DNA of 53,432 bases from an uncultured Lachnospiraceae bacterium (lineage in GTDB: Bacteria; Bacillota; Clostridia; Lachnospirales; Lachnospiraceae), in assembly GCA_902796105.1 (NCBI GenBank), contig CADBNO010000256.1, positions 1 through 53,432 on the forward strand, written 5' to 3'. The notes below the pieces were generated by a model. The model searched no databases, was not told the DNA's origin, and saw only the letters and a list, made by a program, of their open reading frames with translations. Positions within the stretch are counted from its first letter, which is position 1. Each line of letters opens with the position of its first letter. The position numbers and the translations under genes were made by a program. Positions 21,301-29,610 of this stretch are shown one piece after another.

Positions 21301-21531
21301 AATGATCATAAAAACAATGATAATAAAAGAACCCGTAATGAAGGTACTGAGGAAAGCAAGAAGAGGATAGAGATAGAAGGTAGTCCAAACATGGAAGAAG
21401 TAGCCAACAGAGCCTATAACGTGAAAAATACACAATCCCACACAGAAAAAGGAAATGATGGTGAAAAACTGACAAAGGAAGAGGTTGCGCGGCGAGCGAT
21501 AGCCTTCAAGAAAAATCAAAATGATCAGTAA
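18397..21531 (+). CDS. VirB6-like polytopic membrane protein with long acidic/coiled-coil C-terminal extension
   Basis: About 6-7 TM helices in the first 370 aa, directly after virB4; low-complexity tail including DQAEG(M/T) x3. Confidence 0.65.
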   Translation: MRRKRSHKGSQLHTVAVKAMIFFVCVFMAVSMVPQKAYAYTSWVQDTDAYKEFYENASLSDKVDNASATSKEKEGFLSKQLGNLLHWLARDAQEDLQTANLNLTIDGVVFGKLAQPTGVSYTSFDLSDGNIYGIVGATVYTIFRGITYSGLFIMFLYLLAKNLFSTSPKAKEDFKQGVYGIIIHFGLIYFMPQLVDIFIFLRDQFLYLIATKMMGSDKASILDTMHTVYENSPSLARAVVYCATVFATFFYIGKYISVAIQETLLFGFFCVFNLLGTEKKKFLTDWTGVFFSNLMMPVIDVVCLLLPYKALDVMTAGGKVVSFGGGIIIMFMIWSANACSSLIMKLLGNMTGTPAGRGMGGLAMMGMAAVRSMGRAMAPAGRSAGAAHGEEGYSAWKEEVQNQKNTAEEMNKQAGEITKGIDNLDDELASQQTDNGQLTEKELEEQAGVLPTNGTEGAPEEDWDAPQSGEAAAEVVPTETGEAPEGGEIPPSGEMKPMEEITGSAESTDQAEGMDQAEGTDQAEGMANATSDDTEETGQAGADSEVKAGNAAAMENIETDTADTDTKENTEGMPDATEIKDKTATSEAETTGNNDATQTGQLKPDAAAESQNETIEKTDKAATYQNEEAKKAAADTAQGGDGSSAATKPAEDDLPPMSEFDKKRYNNLKEMDDLTADIQNDRKSLEKMQSDPGIAAKRENIKTLERANGEYDRRIAETREDLKDRNISAEDRANKQAELRDLQSKRQSNFHQIEKERTELGTMEQANREKTDRMQASISKKEAVLEQRKAAERQFAQVSRDHGRDGSSYSSAKDMRLAMETRNNNNLKALEDARNRANMSIKDMRGLSPETAAEVAEIQRNNIRKANIQRAVGNIAKTTVGTGITAGGAVVGAVVAAYGGQQSSMTGAMLGGMAASGAARRVSRSIKAIHDNREEISDDVIAAGARTVDIVKDKYERDKKRFKPAPATNDHKNNDNKRTRNEGTEESKKRIEIEGSPNMEEVANRAYNVKNTQSHTEKGNDGEKLTKEEVARRAIAFKKNQNDQ

Positions 21532-21545
21532 GGAGTGGCAAGTTT

Positions 21546-22727
21546 ATGGAAACACAGGCGATCAAAGTTTTACTGGGTTTCAAATTAAAGAACGATCGGG
21601 ACGACCGGGAGACAGAGAAGAAAATGATCAACCAGATGAAAGCATTGGGATATGAACCCACACTCTTCTCCCGGAACTCCAAAAAAGAGGTACAGGCATT
21701 TTTGGAGCAGAATCGTGATTGCAACTATGTCGCACTCATGGAAACGATAGGGCAGAGTTCCTGGACACAGAACGAATTAGCGGATCTGATGGACGAGCGA
21801 AACTTAAACCTTGTGATCGTTCTGACGGCGGCAAGGGCAAAACAGTTAGAATATCTGACCACGATTTATGCTGCAGGGATCACATCCGCCATCTTTGAGC
21901 CGGGAAGCGGCGTACCAGCTGAAGAAGTAGCAGAGCTTTTGATCAAGCAACGAAGCAGGAAGGCAGCAAGGGAATATTATAGGATCGACACCAAGAATAT
22001 TTCCATAAGAAGCCTGACAAACGAGATGTACAACGGGCTCGTAGTGAAACTCATGGATCCTGAATATGGGAAATCCATCATGGGACGTCTCCTAGGGATC
22101 GCTGGTACCATCAACCCCTATCAGATGGGTGATTTTATCAAGAAGCTGCCGGATAACCTTGTAGAAGAATTATCCCAATATGCCGAATACGGACAGCTGA
22201 TTGCACAGTTGAAGGAATGCGGCATCAAAGTAGCTTACAAGAGACCTAAGCAGTATAAGAGCATGAACGATGATGTCCCTTTTATCGAAGGAGCAAAAGA
22301 AGAACTGGCAGAAAGAGGCATGGATACGACGTATTTCGAGCCAAAACCGGAAGAACCACAGAAAAAAACCGGACTGCTTGGTTTATTCGGACTGAAAGGA
22401 AAGAAAAAGGAAGAGCACCTACAGAATGAAAATACAGATTCCGAGTATGCGCAACATCAGCATCCGGTAACAGAAAATGAACTTATAGAAGGACTGGGAG
22501 AATATTCTGAATGGGATGATTCCTGGAATCAGCAGGAGATGGAGGGAGAAAGTTATCCGAGTGATCTTACTGAAGACGGATCCATACCAGAAATCGAAGA
22601 AGAAAACGAGCTCGATCTGACAGGCATAGAACATAATAGCCAGCCACAAAGCACGAAGGTCAAAGCAACAGAGACAAACATTGATGCAGATGAAGCGGAC
22701 GGTGATGATTCAGAATTTTTCTTCTGA
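21546..22727 (+). CDS. Hypothetical protein in the transfer operon
   Basis: 393 aa ORF, AAGGAG RBS, acidic tail. Confidence 0.6.
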   Translation: METQAIKVLLGFKLKNDRDDRETEKKMINQMKALGYEPTLFSRNSKKEVQAFLEQNRDCNYVALMETIGQSSWTQNELADLMDERNLNLVIVLTAARAKQLEYLTTIYAAGITSAIFEPGSGVPAEEVAELLIKQRSRKAAREYYRIDTKNISIRSLTNEMYNGLVVKLMDPEYGKSIMGRLLGIAGTINPYQMGDFIKKLPDNLVEELSQYAEYGQLIAQLKECGIKVAYKRPKQYKSMNDDVPFIEGAKEELAERGMDTTYFEPKPEEPQKKTGLLGLFGLKGKKKEEHLQNENTDSEYAQHQHPVTENELIEGLGEYSEWDDSWNQQEMEGESYPSDLTEDGSIPEIEEENELDLTGIEHNSQPQSTKVKATETNIDADEADGDDSEFFF

Positions 22728-22799
22728 TCAGTATGCCCCCTTTGTATTTTATACAATGGATCACCAATGCTCAGGTCTTTTTAGAGGAGATGGAGGACA

Positions 22800-23219
22800 A
22801 TGGGATACGTTCTGAAAAAAAGTGAAGAATATCTGAACGGTTTCCACCGCTATTTCGCTCAAAAAAGGGCGGCAGGCAGACCGACAACTGAAGATACGCT
22901 ACCGCTCATGCAGGACAGCAGGACAGCTCTAAATCCTTTACCAAAGGCAGGCGATAGGATCTTACTCTTTGACACATATACGTTCTCGGATCTTCCGGGA
23001 GCAGCGCTCTATGACCGGTACGAAACAGACATCGGAGGAACGCCGATAGCTTATTATGTCAGGCAGGTTACAGAGAGTAACGTGGTTTTAGAGAGAACGC
23101 TTGAAACTTACAATGAAGATATAACATTGACACGTACTGTCCCCTGTAAGTGGATTACATCAGGGCACTGCGGTTGGATCACTTGTAATGATTATTACAG
23201 GAAAGGAGGAACATCATGA
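22800..23219 (+). CDS. Hypothetical protein
   Basis: GGAGG RBS; stop overlaps the next start (ATGA). Confidence 0.55.
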   Translation: MGYVLKKSEEYLNGFHRYFAQKRAAGRPTTEDTLPLMQDSRTALNPLPKAGDRILLFDTYTFSDLPGAALYDRYETDIGGTPIAYYVRQVTESNVVLERTLETYNEDITLTRTVPCKWITSGHCGWITCNDYYRKGGTS

Positions 23220-23641
23220 GGAAACTATACAAAAGTTTCATTGTAATATCAGTCATGCTTATAATGGTCTTCGCGATGAGCGGATGCTCGGAAGATACAT
23301 ACGAACATGCAAAACAGTATCAGGAGCAGTCTTTAAGCACTCTAAAAGACATTTCCGCACAAGCCCCCAAAGAAGCAGGAGAGGGTTTAGAGCACCTCGA
23401 AGAAAATATGGACAGAATGGCGGCCAACGGGACAAGCTATTTATCCAACAAATCAAAACAAGTAGGGATGTGGATTATAATCGCTTCCGAGTTAATAGGA
23501 ATCATTCTTGTTATCATCACAAAACAGACCTCAGCCATCAAGATCTATAAGATAGCCTGGATGGTATTCATCATTGGAATACCTTGCATAACATTAGTTA
23601 GTATTTATGGGCTGGCATTTCTTGCAAGCTGGTTCATGTAG
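23216..23641 (+). CDS. Putative lipoprotein / pilin-like membrane protein
   Basis: Signal peptide with lipobox-like MSGC, plus two C-terminal TM helices. Confidence 0.55.
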   Translation: MRKLYKSFIVISVMLIMVFAMSGCSEDTYEHAKQYQEQSLSTLKDISAQAPKEAGEGLEHLEENMDRMAANGTSYLSNKSKQVGMWIIIASELIGIILVIITKQTSAIKIYKIAWMVFIIGIPCITLVSIYGLAFLASWFM

Positions 23642-23676
23642 TAAACAAATATATATAAACAGGGAGGAAAAAAGAA

Positions 23677-24771
23677 ATGGCACAAACAATCAGAGACCTG
23701 AACAAGCAGCTTGCGGAGAAAGCGGAATTAAAGCTGAAAAATGCAGCGGATCCATACTCGCTTTATGAGGCAAGAAAAAAGAAAGACGAAAAGTTTGAAA
23801 TGACGTTCCCCCTTTCAGACGCTGACGGTAATCTCTACTATATTGACGAGAATAAGATCAAGATCATTCTGCCGATGGAGAAGTTACAGGCAACGGATCG
23901 CTTCTATAATTCCCGTTTAAGAGGTAATTATGTCGGCATCAAGACACTCGAAGTACAGATAGATAAAATTGACAGAGAGAATAATATCGTATATCTAAAG
24001 TCTGGCCGTTCTACAGAAAACATTGTAAGAGCAGTAGAGCGAGAGCTGTATGCCGAGGTGAACAGGCGCAGGGAGCTTATCAGAAAAGGAGAACAGCCGG
24101 AAGCATTTCCTGTATATGGTACCGTAGTTTCCGTGGATGCAGCGAGACAAAATGCAACGGTACGCCTTTTCAACCAAAATATCTACGGAACGATCCATGT
24201 TTCAAAATGGGCCAGCTCCTATACCAGATCCTTGCCGGAGGGCATAGAAGATGATGATATGCCGAGACAGTTTGACCTGCTGGGTGTCACAAATCTTGGT
24301 GGACAAAGATATTTCCGTCTTTCTGGAGAAAATTACGGAAACGATGCCTGGAGAGAGGTTCCGGATGAGATCTTTGAGCCAAAGGCAGTTGTCATGGTAG
24401 AGTGCCTTGAAACACCGGTAGGAGATAATCACTGGTGGGGCAAATGCCAGGGTATCGGTGTGGAAGTGATCGGTAATTACTCAACAAAATTTAAGATTGA
24501 AGTAGGAAGATGCTACCTCTGTACTGTAAAACGTAGTAATTCCAAAAACCACACACTGATCGTCACTCCTTTTAAATATATCCGCAAAGAAGGAGAAACA
24601 AAGGAATCTGTCGCTTATCTCACGAAAGATGACTTAAAGAACTTAATGGAAGAAAAGCGTAAAGAGCGACTTGCCAACGAAGGCACAACGGAAGGAAGCA
24701 ATACATCTGAGGAGCAGACCAAAGCACCGGAAGAAAAAAAGACCAGTAAAAAGTCGTCTAAATCAGAATAA
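23677..24771 (+). CDS. Protein with multiple S1/OB-fold-like domains
   Basis: LEVQIDKIDRENNIVYL and VYGTVVSVD...ATVRL....GTIHVSKW resemble S1 domains. Confidence 0.5.
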   Translation: MAQTIRDLNKQLAEKAELKLKNAADPYSLYEARKKKDEKFEMTFPLSDADGNLYYIDENKIKIILPMEKLQATDRFYNSRLRGNYVGIKTLEVQIDKIDRENNIVYLKSGRSTENIVRAVERELYAEVNRRRELIRKGEQPEAFPVYGTVVSVDAARQNATVRLFNQNIYGTIHVSKWASSYTRSLPEGIEDDDMPRQFDLLGVTNLGGQRYFRLSGENYGNDAWREVPDEIFEPKAVVMVECLETPVGDNHWWGKCQGIGVEVIGNYSTKFKIEVGRCYLCTVKRSNSKNHTLIVTPFKYIRKEGETKESVAYLTKDDLKNLMEEKRKERLANEGTTEGSNTSEEQTKAPEEKKTSKKSSKSE

Positions 24772-24799
24772 ACGCTAATTTGTATGACAGGAGAAAGAA

Positions 24800-25831
24800 A
24801 TGAGCAAAGAAGTAGATTTGATAAAAAAATGTTCTGATTCAGCGGAACGTTGCTTCATATACTCAGCAGAAGCTGACGAAAGCTATAGTCTGAAATACAA
24901 CTATTTTCCGGATTCCGTTAAGATGCACCGCTTCCAGTCAGGTGAATACGGAACGGTATCAGATACTTACATCTTGTATATGCTTACGCTGCTTGGCAAT
25001 GTTTCTGTTGAAACCATAGAAAATATGCTGGAGGCATATTCGAGAAACTACAAGAATCTCTTGATAGCGCAAAAGCTGATCACCTCATCCAGCTCAAAGC
25101 AGTCACATGTTGAGAGCAGGATAAAAGTCCTTTTGAAAAATGGATTTGTGTTTTCTCAAAACTTCGATATTGGAAGGCCGGACGGCATGTTTGACAAGAT
25201 CGTTTTATATGGAGTAGGTCGGGACACACAGACATTCATGAACCGTAAACTCGGGAAGAATGTAGTGATGCGCCCATGGGAAATGGCTATTCCCTTAAAT
25301 GACGCTATTTCCGAGGCTGCCAGCGCATTTGTCGCATCTATAGTTGCCTTAAAAGGCGGATGCAGATTAAAGTCCATCAAAGAAGATGCCTTTAAGTCAA
25401 AAGAAATGGGCACAGTACTTCTGCCGCCAACCCTGTTCCTTGACGGGACAAGCGAACTGGAAAAGTACCAGGTGCTTTTCTACCCTGCTTTCTTAAATCA
25501 TGTATCAACCTATCAGACAGATGGGGATTTTGAGCGGACGATCAAGTACAAGATGGATTGTGTGCGTAACTACATATATATGTACCGTAACGTTTCACGA
25601 AAGCCTTTCTGCATCTTTGTCTGTGAAAGCGGAAACGACATGGAAAAGGTACGCAAGGTACTTCAGCAATTAAAGCAGATGCAGGAAAGTCTTCCCTTTA
25701 TCTATTTTACCAGTGAAGGGGCTGTAAGGTACATCTCAAACTTAAGAGATGCCTTCCTACAGATCAGGCCTACCGGAGATGGCGAATTGGTGTATGTGAA
25801 GGCAACACCGCCGTTTATCAAAGCAAACTAA
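24800..25831 (+). CDS. Hypothetical protein (possible N-terminal winged helix)
   Basis: 343 aa ORF with RBS; no confident motif. Confidence 0.55.
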   Translation: MSKEVDLIKKCSDSAERCFIYSAEADESYSLKYNYFPDSVKMHRFQSGEYGTVSDTYILYMLTLLGNVSVETIENMLEAYSRNYKNLLIAQKLITSSSSKQSHVESRIKVLLKNGFVFSQNFDIGRPDGMFDKIVLYGVGRDTQTFMNRKLGKNVVMRPWEMAIPLNDAISEAASAFVASIVALKGGCRLKSIKEDAFKSKEMGTVLLPPTLFLDGTSELEKYQVLFYPAFLNHVSTYQTDGDFERTIKYKMDCVRNYIYMYRNVSRKPFCIFVCESGNDMEKVRKVLQQLKQMQESLPFIYFTSEGAVRYISNLRDAFLQIRPTGDGELVYVKATPPFIKAN

Positions 25832-25851
25832 TATAATTGAGGTGACAGAGA

Positions 25852-27177
25852 GTGTTAAAGAATAAACGTTCCCCGTATTTATGGATCATATTGATCCTTG
25901 TATCCCTCGCAGCTCTTATATATCTGGGCTTGCGCGGTACAGGCAGCAGGGTTACAGAGGAGGAATATAACCCCATTGCGCAGCTTGCGATAGAAAAGAG
26001 TGAGTCGTATGTAGACATGGTACCTCTTCCTTTGACTTATACGTTCTCATCCATGCCCTATATGATAGATGTACTACAATCTGCATATTCACAGACTCCG
26101 CATGGCATTGCGGGTGTGATCTCGGACGGTACCTATCTGTATGTAGGAGAATATGCAACCAAAGAGGGAACAGGATTGAACCTAACACTTGACGAACTTC
26201 CCATGTTTTTCGTGAAAGGGTATAACCGTAGCGGATCTTTTATCACGCCAAAAGCGCAGGCAACAGGCTATCTGCAAGGATTTGGAACGAACTATTGTTT
26301 TTGCAGCATACAGGCAGCAGGAGCTGACGGTTCCAAAGAGTATCTGGCAGCTGTACTTGACTTAAAGAGCGAGGACGAGAATGGTGTTGTGGTGGCTGTT
26401 ATGATCGACGGAAAAGGCAAAGAAAAAAGAACCTATGCTATGGAAAGTGCTATGTCCATAGCCTCTACGATAAGAGAAAATCCGGAATTTGAAACAGCTG
26501 ATACAAAAGAACAGAACAAAGAGCCCGCAGAGATCAACCCGGCCACTCTGGTTGCAGAGGGAGTAGAGATTAAAGTTGCAGAGCCGGCAAAAAGACCGGA
26601 GAACGAGGAAGGAAATGATGCTGTAAGCGATTCAAGTGCGGCATCAGAGCAGGAGTCTACAGTCGAATCTTCTGAAACGCAGACGAAACCTGCAGATACG
26701 CAGTCTACAAAACCTAAAGGATCCGAAAGCGTACCGGAGTCCTCTGAAACGCCCAAGCCGGAGCCGGTACCGGAGTCCTCCGAAGCATCCAAGCCGGAGC
26801 CGGTACCGGAGTCCTCCGAAGCGCCCAAGCCGGAGCCGGTACCGGAGTCCTCCGAAGCTCCAAAACCAGATCCTACACCGGAACCATCAGAAGCTGCGTC
26901 CTCCGCGCCGGCAGAGGATCCAAATGATGTAAGTATTAAATCTTTTGCTTGTCCGTTGGCGGGAGTAGGCATGAGTGTTACAGTGACAACCGGAAGCTAT
27001 TGTCCGGATACAGTCGTCACAATGGAAACACCAGACGGCGATACATTGACTGGAGTATCCGACGGAAGTGGGACATACACATTTAGCACGACATCCACTG
27101 ACGGTACCTATACGGTTAAGACTACACACTTTTCGCAAGTCAGACATGTAAGCGTCAGCGCGCATTTTGGCGGTTGA
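25852..27177 (+). CDS. Membrane-anchored exported protein with Pro/Glu/Ser-rich linker
   Basis: N-terminal TM; KPEPVPESSEA(S/P) repeats; shares LPY/MPY and GY(L/I)xG motifs with the next two ORFs. Confidence 0.65.
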   Translation: MLKNKRSPYLWIILILVSLAALIYLGLRGTGSRVTEEEYNPIAQLAIEKSESYVDMVPLPLTYTFSSMPYMIDVLQSAYSQTPHGIAGVISDGTYLYVGEYATKEGTGLNLTLDELPMFFVKGYNRSGSFITPKAQATGYLQGFGTNYCFCSIQAAGADGSKEYLAAVLDLKSEDENGVVVAVMIDGKGKEKRTYAMESAMSIASTIRENPEFETADTKEQNKEPAEINPATLVAEGVEIKVAEPAKRPENEEGNDAVSDSSAASEQESTVESSETQTKPADTQSTKPKGSESVPESSETPKPEPVPESSEASKPEPVPESSEAPKPEPVPESSEAPKPDPTPEPSEAASSAPAEDPNDVSIKSFACPLAGVGMSVTVTTGSYCPDTVVTMETPDGDTLTGVSDGSGTYTFSTTSTDGTYTVKTTHFSQVRHVSVSAHFGG

Positions 27178-27224
27178 CCGGCACATACGCTTAAAAACAT
27201 CATTGAACCATGAAGGAGATAATC

Positions 27225-28385
27225 ATGAAAAAATCAGAGAAAATAGCGATAGGAATACTGTTACCGCTGTCCATTGTACTTCTTATATTGTACGTACTGA
27301 CTACAGAGTATGCACGCGCGCAACAGAATATTCTTGCATATCCAGAAGGAGGACTGAGTGATTCCCTTTTTGTACAGCAGAACAATAGTTACACGAAAAA
27401 CGATGCCCTGCCGGTGACATTTGCTTTCAACACCCTTCCCTATTATATCGACACAATGAAAGGATCTCAGGCGAATGTAGGGCAGGGATGGATCATCCAG
27501 GCGTCCGACTCGGTATTCATCTTTTTGTCTGAGTACAACGATACAAATAACGATACAGGTGAAGATGTTATTTTAAGAGAATTTCCATCCGCGATCCTGA
27601 TCGACTATGACCCTGTATATACCTACACACAACAGATCAAGTCCCAGAACGGTTATATCAATGGCTTTGAGGCAGAATACAGCTTTGACATGATCACGGT
27701 GTCAAATGGCAAAAATGCGAGGACATGCTACTATGCAGCATATGATCTAAAGAGGATCAATGAGCAAGACCATGACCACATGCTTGTGGCCGTAGTTACA
27801 ACCACAGCTGATTCACAGTCATTTACGGTCTGCAAAAATGCTCTGGATGCAATGGCAAGATCGATAAGATATGACGAAAAATTAAACAAGAAGATCGAAG
27901 AGGCAAAGAAGGAGCAACTTGAAAAAGAGCAGGTAGAGCAGGCGGCAAGCAAATCCTTACAGGAGACAAGCCAAGAGAGTGAAGGATCTGGATCAAACCC
28001 CTATATAAAACCTTCTACTGTAAATCATCCTGACGAACTTATCCAGCATCGTGTTTATGACTATAATTTTGACAGTCTCGTTGAGGAGACGGATGAAGAT
28101 GCAAAATTTGTACCATTGACTGTAGAAAAGAACTACAGCGATATGTATATCTATTTTACCATGGAAAACCTGTGGGAAGATTTCGCACCCGGCAGATGTG
28201 AATTTACACTGTACAATGCCATGCGAGAGAAGATCAGTAGTCCGGAGTATTCAGAAGATGGATCCAAAGTAACATTCCACGTAGGAGAAGTTACTGACGA
28301 CCAGCAAGGTCTGTTCATCATCAAGATCACGCACTATAGCGATTTCGGCAAAGGTACTGTCGAGGTTTCGGACGGTCCGGAGTGA
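27225..28385 (+). CDS. Membrane-anchored exported protein (paralog of 25852-27177)
   Basis: AAGGAG RBS; N-terminal TM; LPVTFAFNTLPYYID and GYINGF parallel LPLTYTFSSMPYMID and GYLQGF. Confidence 0.65.
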   Translation: MKKSEKIAIGILLPLSIVLLILYVLTTEYARAQQNILAYPEGGLSDSLFVQQNNSYTKNDALPVTFAFNTLPYYIDTMKGSQANVGQGWIIQASDSVFIFLSEYNDTNNDTGEDVILREFPSAILIDYDPVYTYTQQIKSQNGYINGFEAEYSFDMITVSNGKNARTCYYAAYDLKRINEQDHDHMLVAVVTTTADSQSFTVCKNALDAMARSIRYDEKLNKKIEEAKKEQLEKEQVEQAASKSLQETSQESEGSGSNPYIKPSTVNHPDELIQHRVYDYNFDSLVEETDEDAKFVPLTVEKNYSDMYIYFTMENLWEDFAPGRCEFTLYNAMREKISSPEYSEDGSKVTFHVGEVTDDQQGLFIIKITHYSDFGKGTVEVSDGPE

Positions 28386-28429
28386 TCCTCACGGAAGATA
28401 ATGTCACACAGCTACGAAAGGACACATTT

Positions 28430-29590
28430 ATGAACATCAAATTAAAGGACAACAGCCAGTGGATAGAGGGAGAAGAAAAAAAGAAGAAGAGAAGGATCAT
28501 CTATATTGCAGCCTTTTTCCTCATGTGCGCTGCTGTGATCGGCGGCAGCACATTTTACAGGTATTACAAAGAGAAGAACGGAAGCGTGTATCCGGAGTTG
28601 GAACTATACGATGTGCCGGATCAAGGAGAGTCAACAGTGACCGTCCGGCAGGGGTATGACAAAGTACTAAAGGTACCTGACCTACCCTACACTATGATGA
28701 TACCCGGAACCGTACTGGTTGAAGGGGATTCATTTTGCATCCTGGAAACAAACGGCCATCATATTGCGATAGGTAAGATTGACAAAAATACAGGGACTAC
28801 GGATTTTATAAGAAATCTCGTACTTCCTTCACTGGGAACGAGCGCTACGGAAACACTGACATTCCAACAGAAAAGAGGATACATCAACGCAAGGCTTGTG
28901 TCTGCACAGGTTGACACGTTCAAAAGGGGCAGTGAAAAAACGATACACAGCATTTCCTACAGGATCCTCTTAGAAGAAAACGAAGATATAATCCTGACTG
29001 GGTTCTCCACAGGGATGGATACTGCTATCTTGAATGATGAAATATTGAGCATATTTAAGTCCGTCTATCAGATGGAGGGAGAAACAGACCAAGGTGAAAG
29101 CAGTGACCCCGGCCAGATTGACAATCTGACAGCTAACGATGGACAAAGTATTGTATATGAAGGGGATGGAGCGCCTATGGATGATGATTTCCTTGAAGAA
29201 GGTACCCCATACAGTACAGAAAAGAACCTGAACCATCTGTATCCGATAGACCCCAATATTGAATACATGGACGTAGAAGAGGTTACGATCACGGTTGACA
29301 AAGACATGGATATGGGGGTTTTTATCTTCAACTATGTGACAGAAGTAAAGTTGAACAGCATCACCCTGTATGATCCAACAGGGGAATTGGGATATGCTCC
29401 GGATGGGTTCGATGATTTCTTTTATCCGGAATATATCTGGCATATCGATCATCCCATGCAGGGAGACTGGAAAGTTGTTTTCTCGGCTCCGTGCTACCTG
29501 GGGACAAGCCAGGCACTGTGCTATCCCCCTGAAGCATATACGGGGCAGGAATCAATGACGCAGAATGGTGATCGCCATAATGACTGGTAG
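28430..29590 (+). CDS. Membrane-anchored exported protein (distant paralog)
   Basis: AAAGGA RBS; N-terminal TM; LPY and GYINA motifs; C-terminal beta-rich TLYDPTG...GDWKV segment. Confidence 0.6.
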   Translation: MNIKLKDNSQWIEGEEKKKKRRIIYIAAFFLMCAAVIGGSTFYRYYKEKNGSVYPELELYDVPDQGESTVTVRQGYDKVLKVPDLPYTMMIPGTVLVEGDSFCILETNGHHIAIGKIDKNTGTTDFIRNLVLPSLGTSATETLTFQQKRGYINARLVSAQVDTFKRGSEKTIHSISYRILLEENEDIILTGFSTGMDTAILNDEILSIFKSVYQMEGETDQGESSDPGQIDNLTANDGQSIVYEGDGAPMDDDFLEEGTPYSTEKNLNHLYPIDPNIEYMDVEEVTITVDKDMDMGVFIFNYVTEVKLNSITLYDPTGELGYAPDGFDDFFYPEYIWHIDHPMQGDWKVVFSAPCYLGTSQALCYPPEAYTGQESMTQNGDRHNDW

Positions 29591-29610
29591 CAAGGAAAGG
29601 ATATACGTTT

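Noticed and set aside
24800-25831. Relaxase or replication-relaxation protein
   Set aside because: No HUH or other diagnostic motif visible; left as hypothetical pending a profile search.
26731-26860. 36-bp tandem repeats as CRISPR or regulatory repeats
   Set aside because: In-frame coding repeats (KPEPVPESSEAP) with no spacers.
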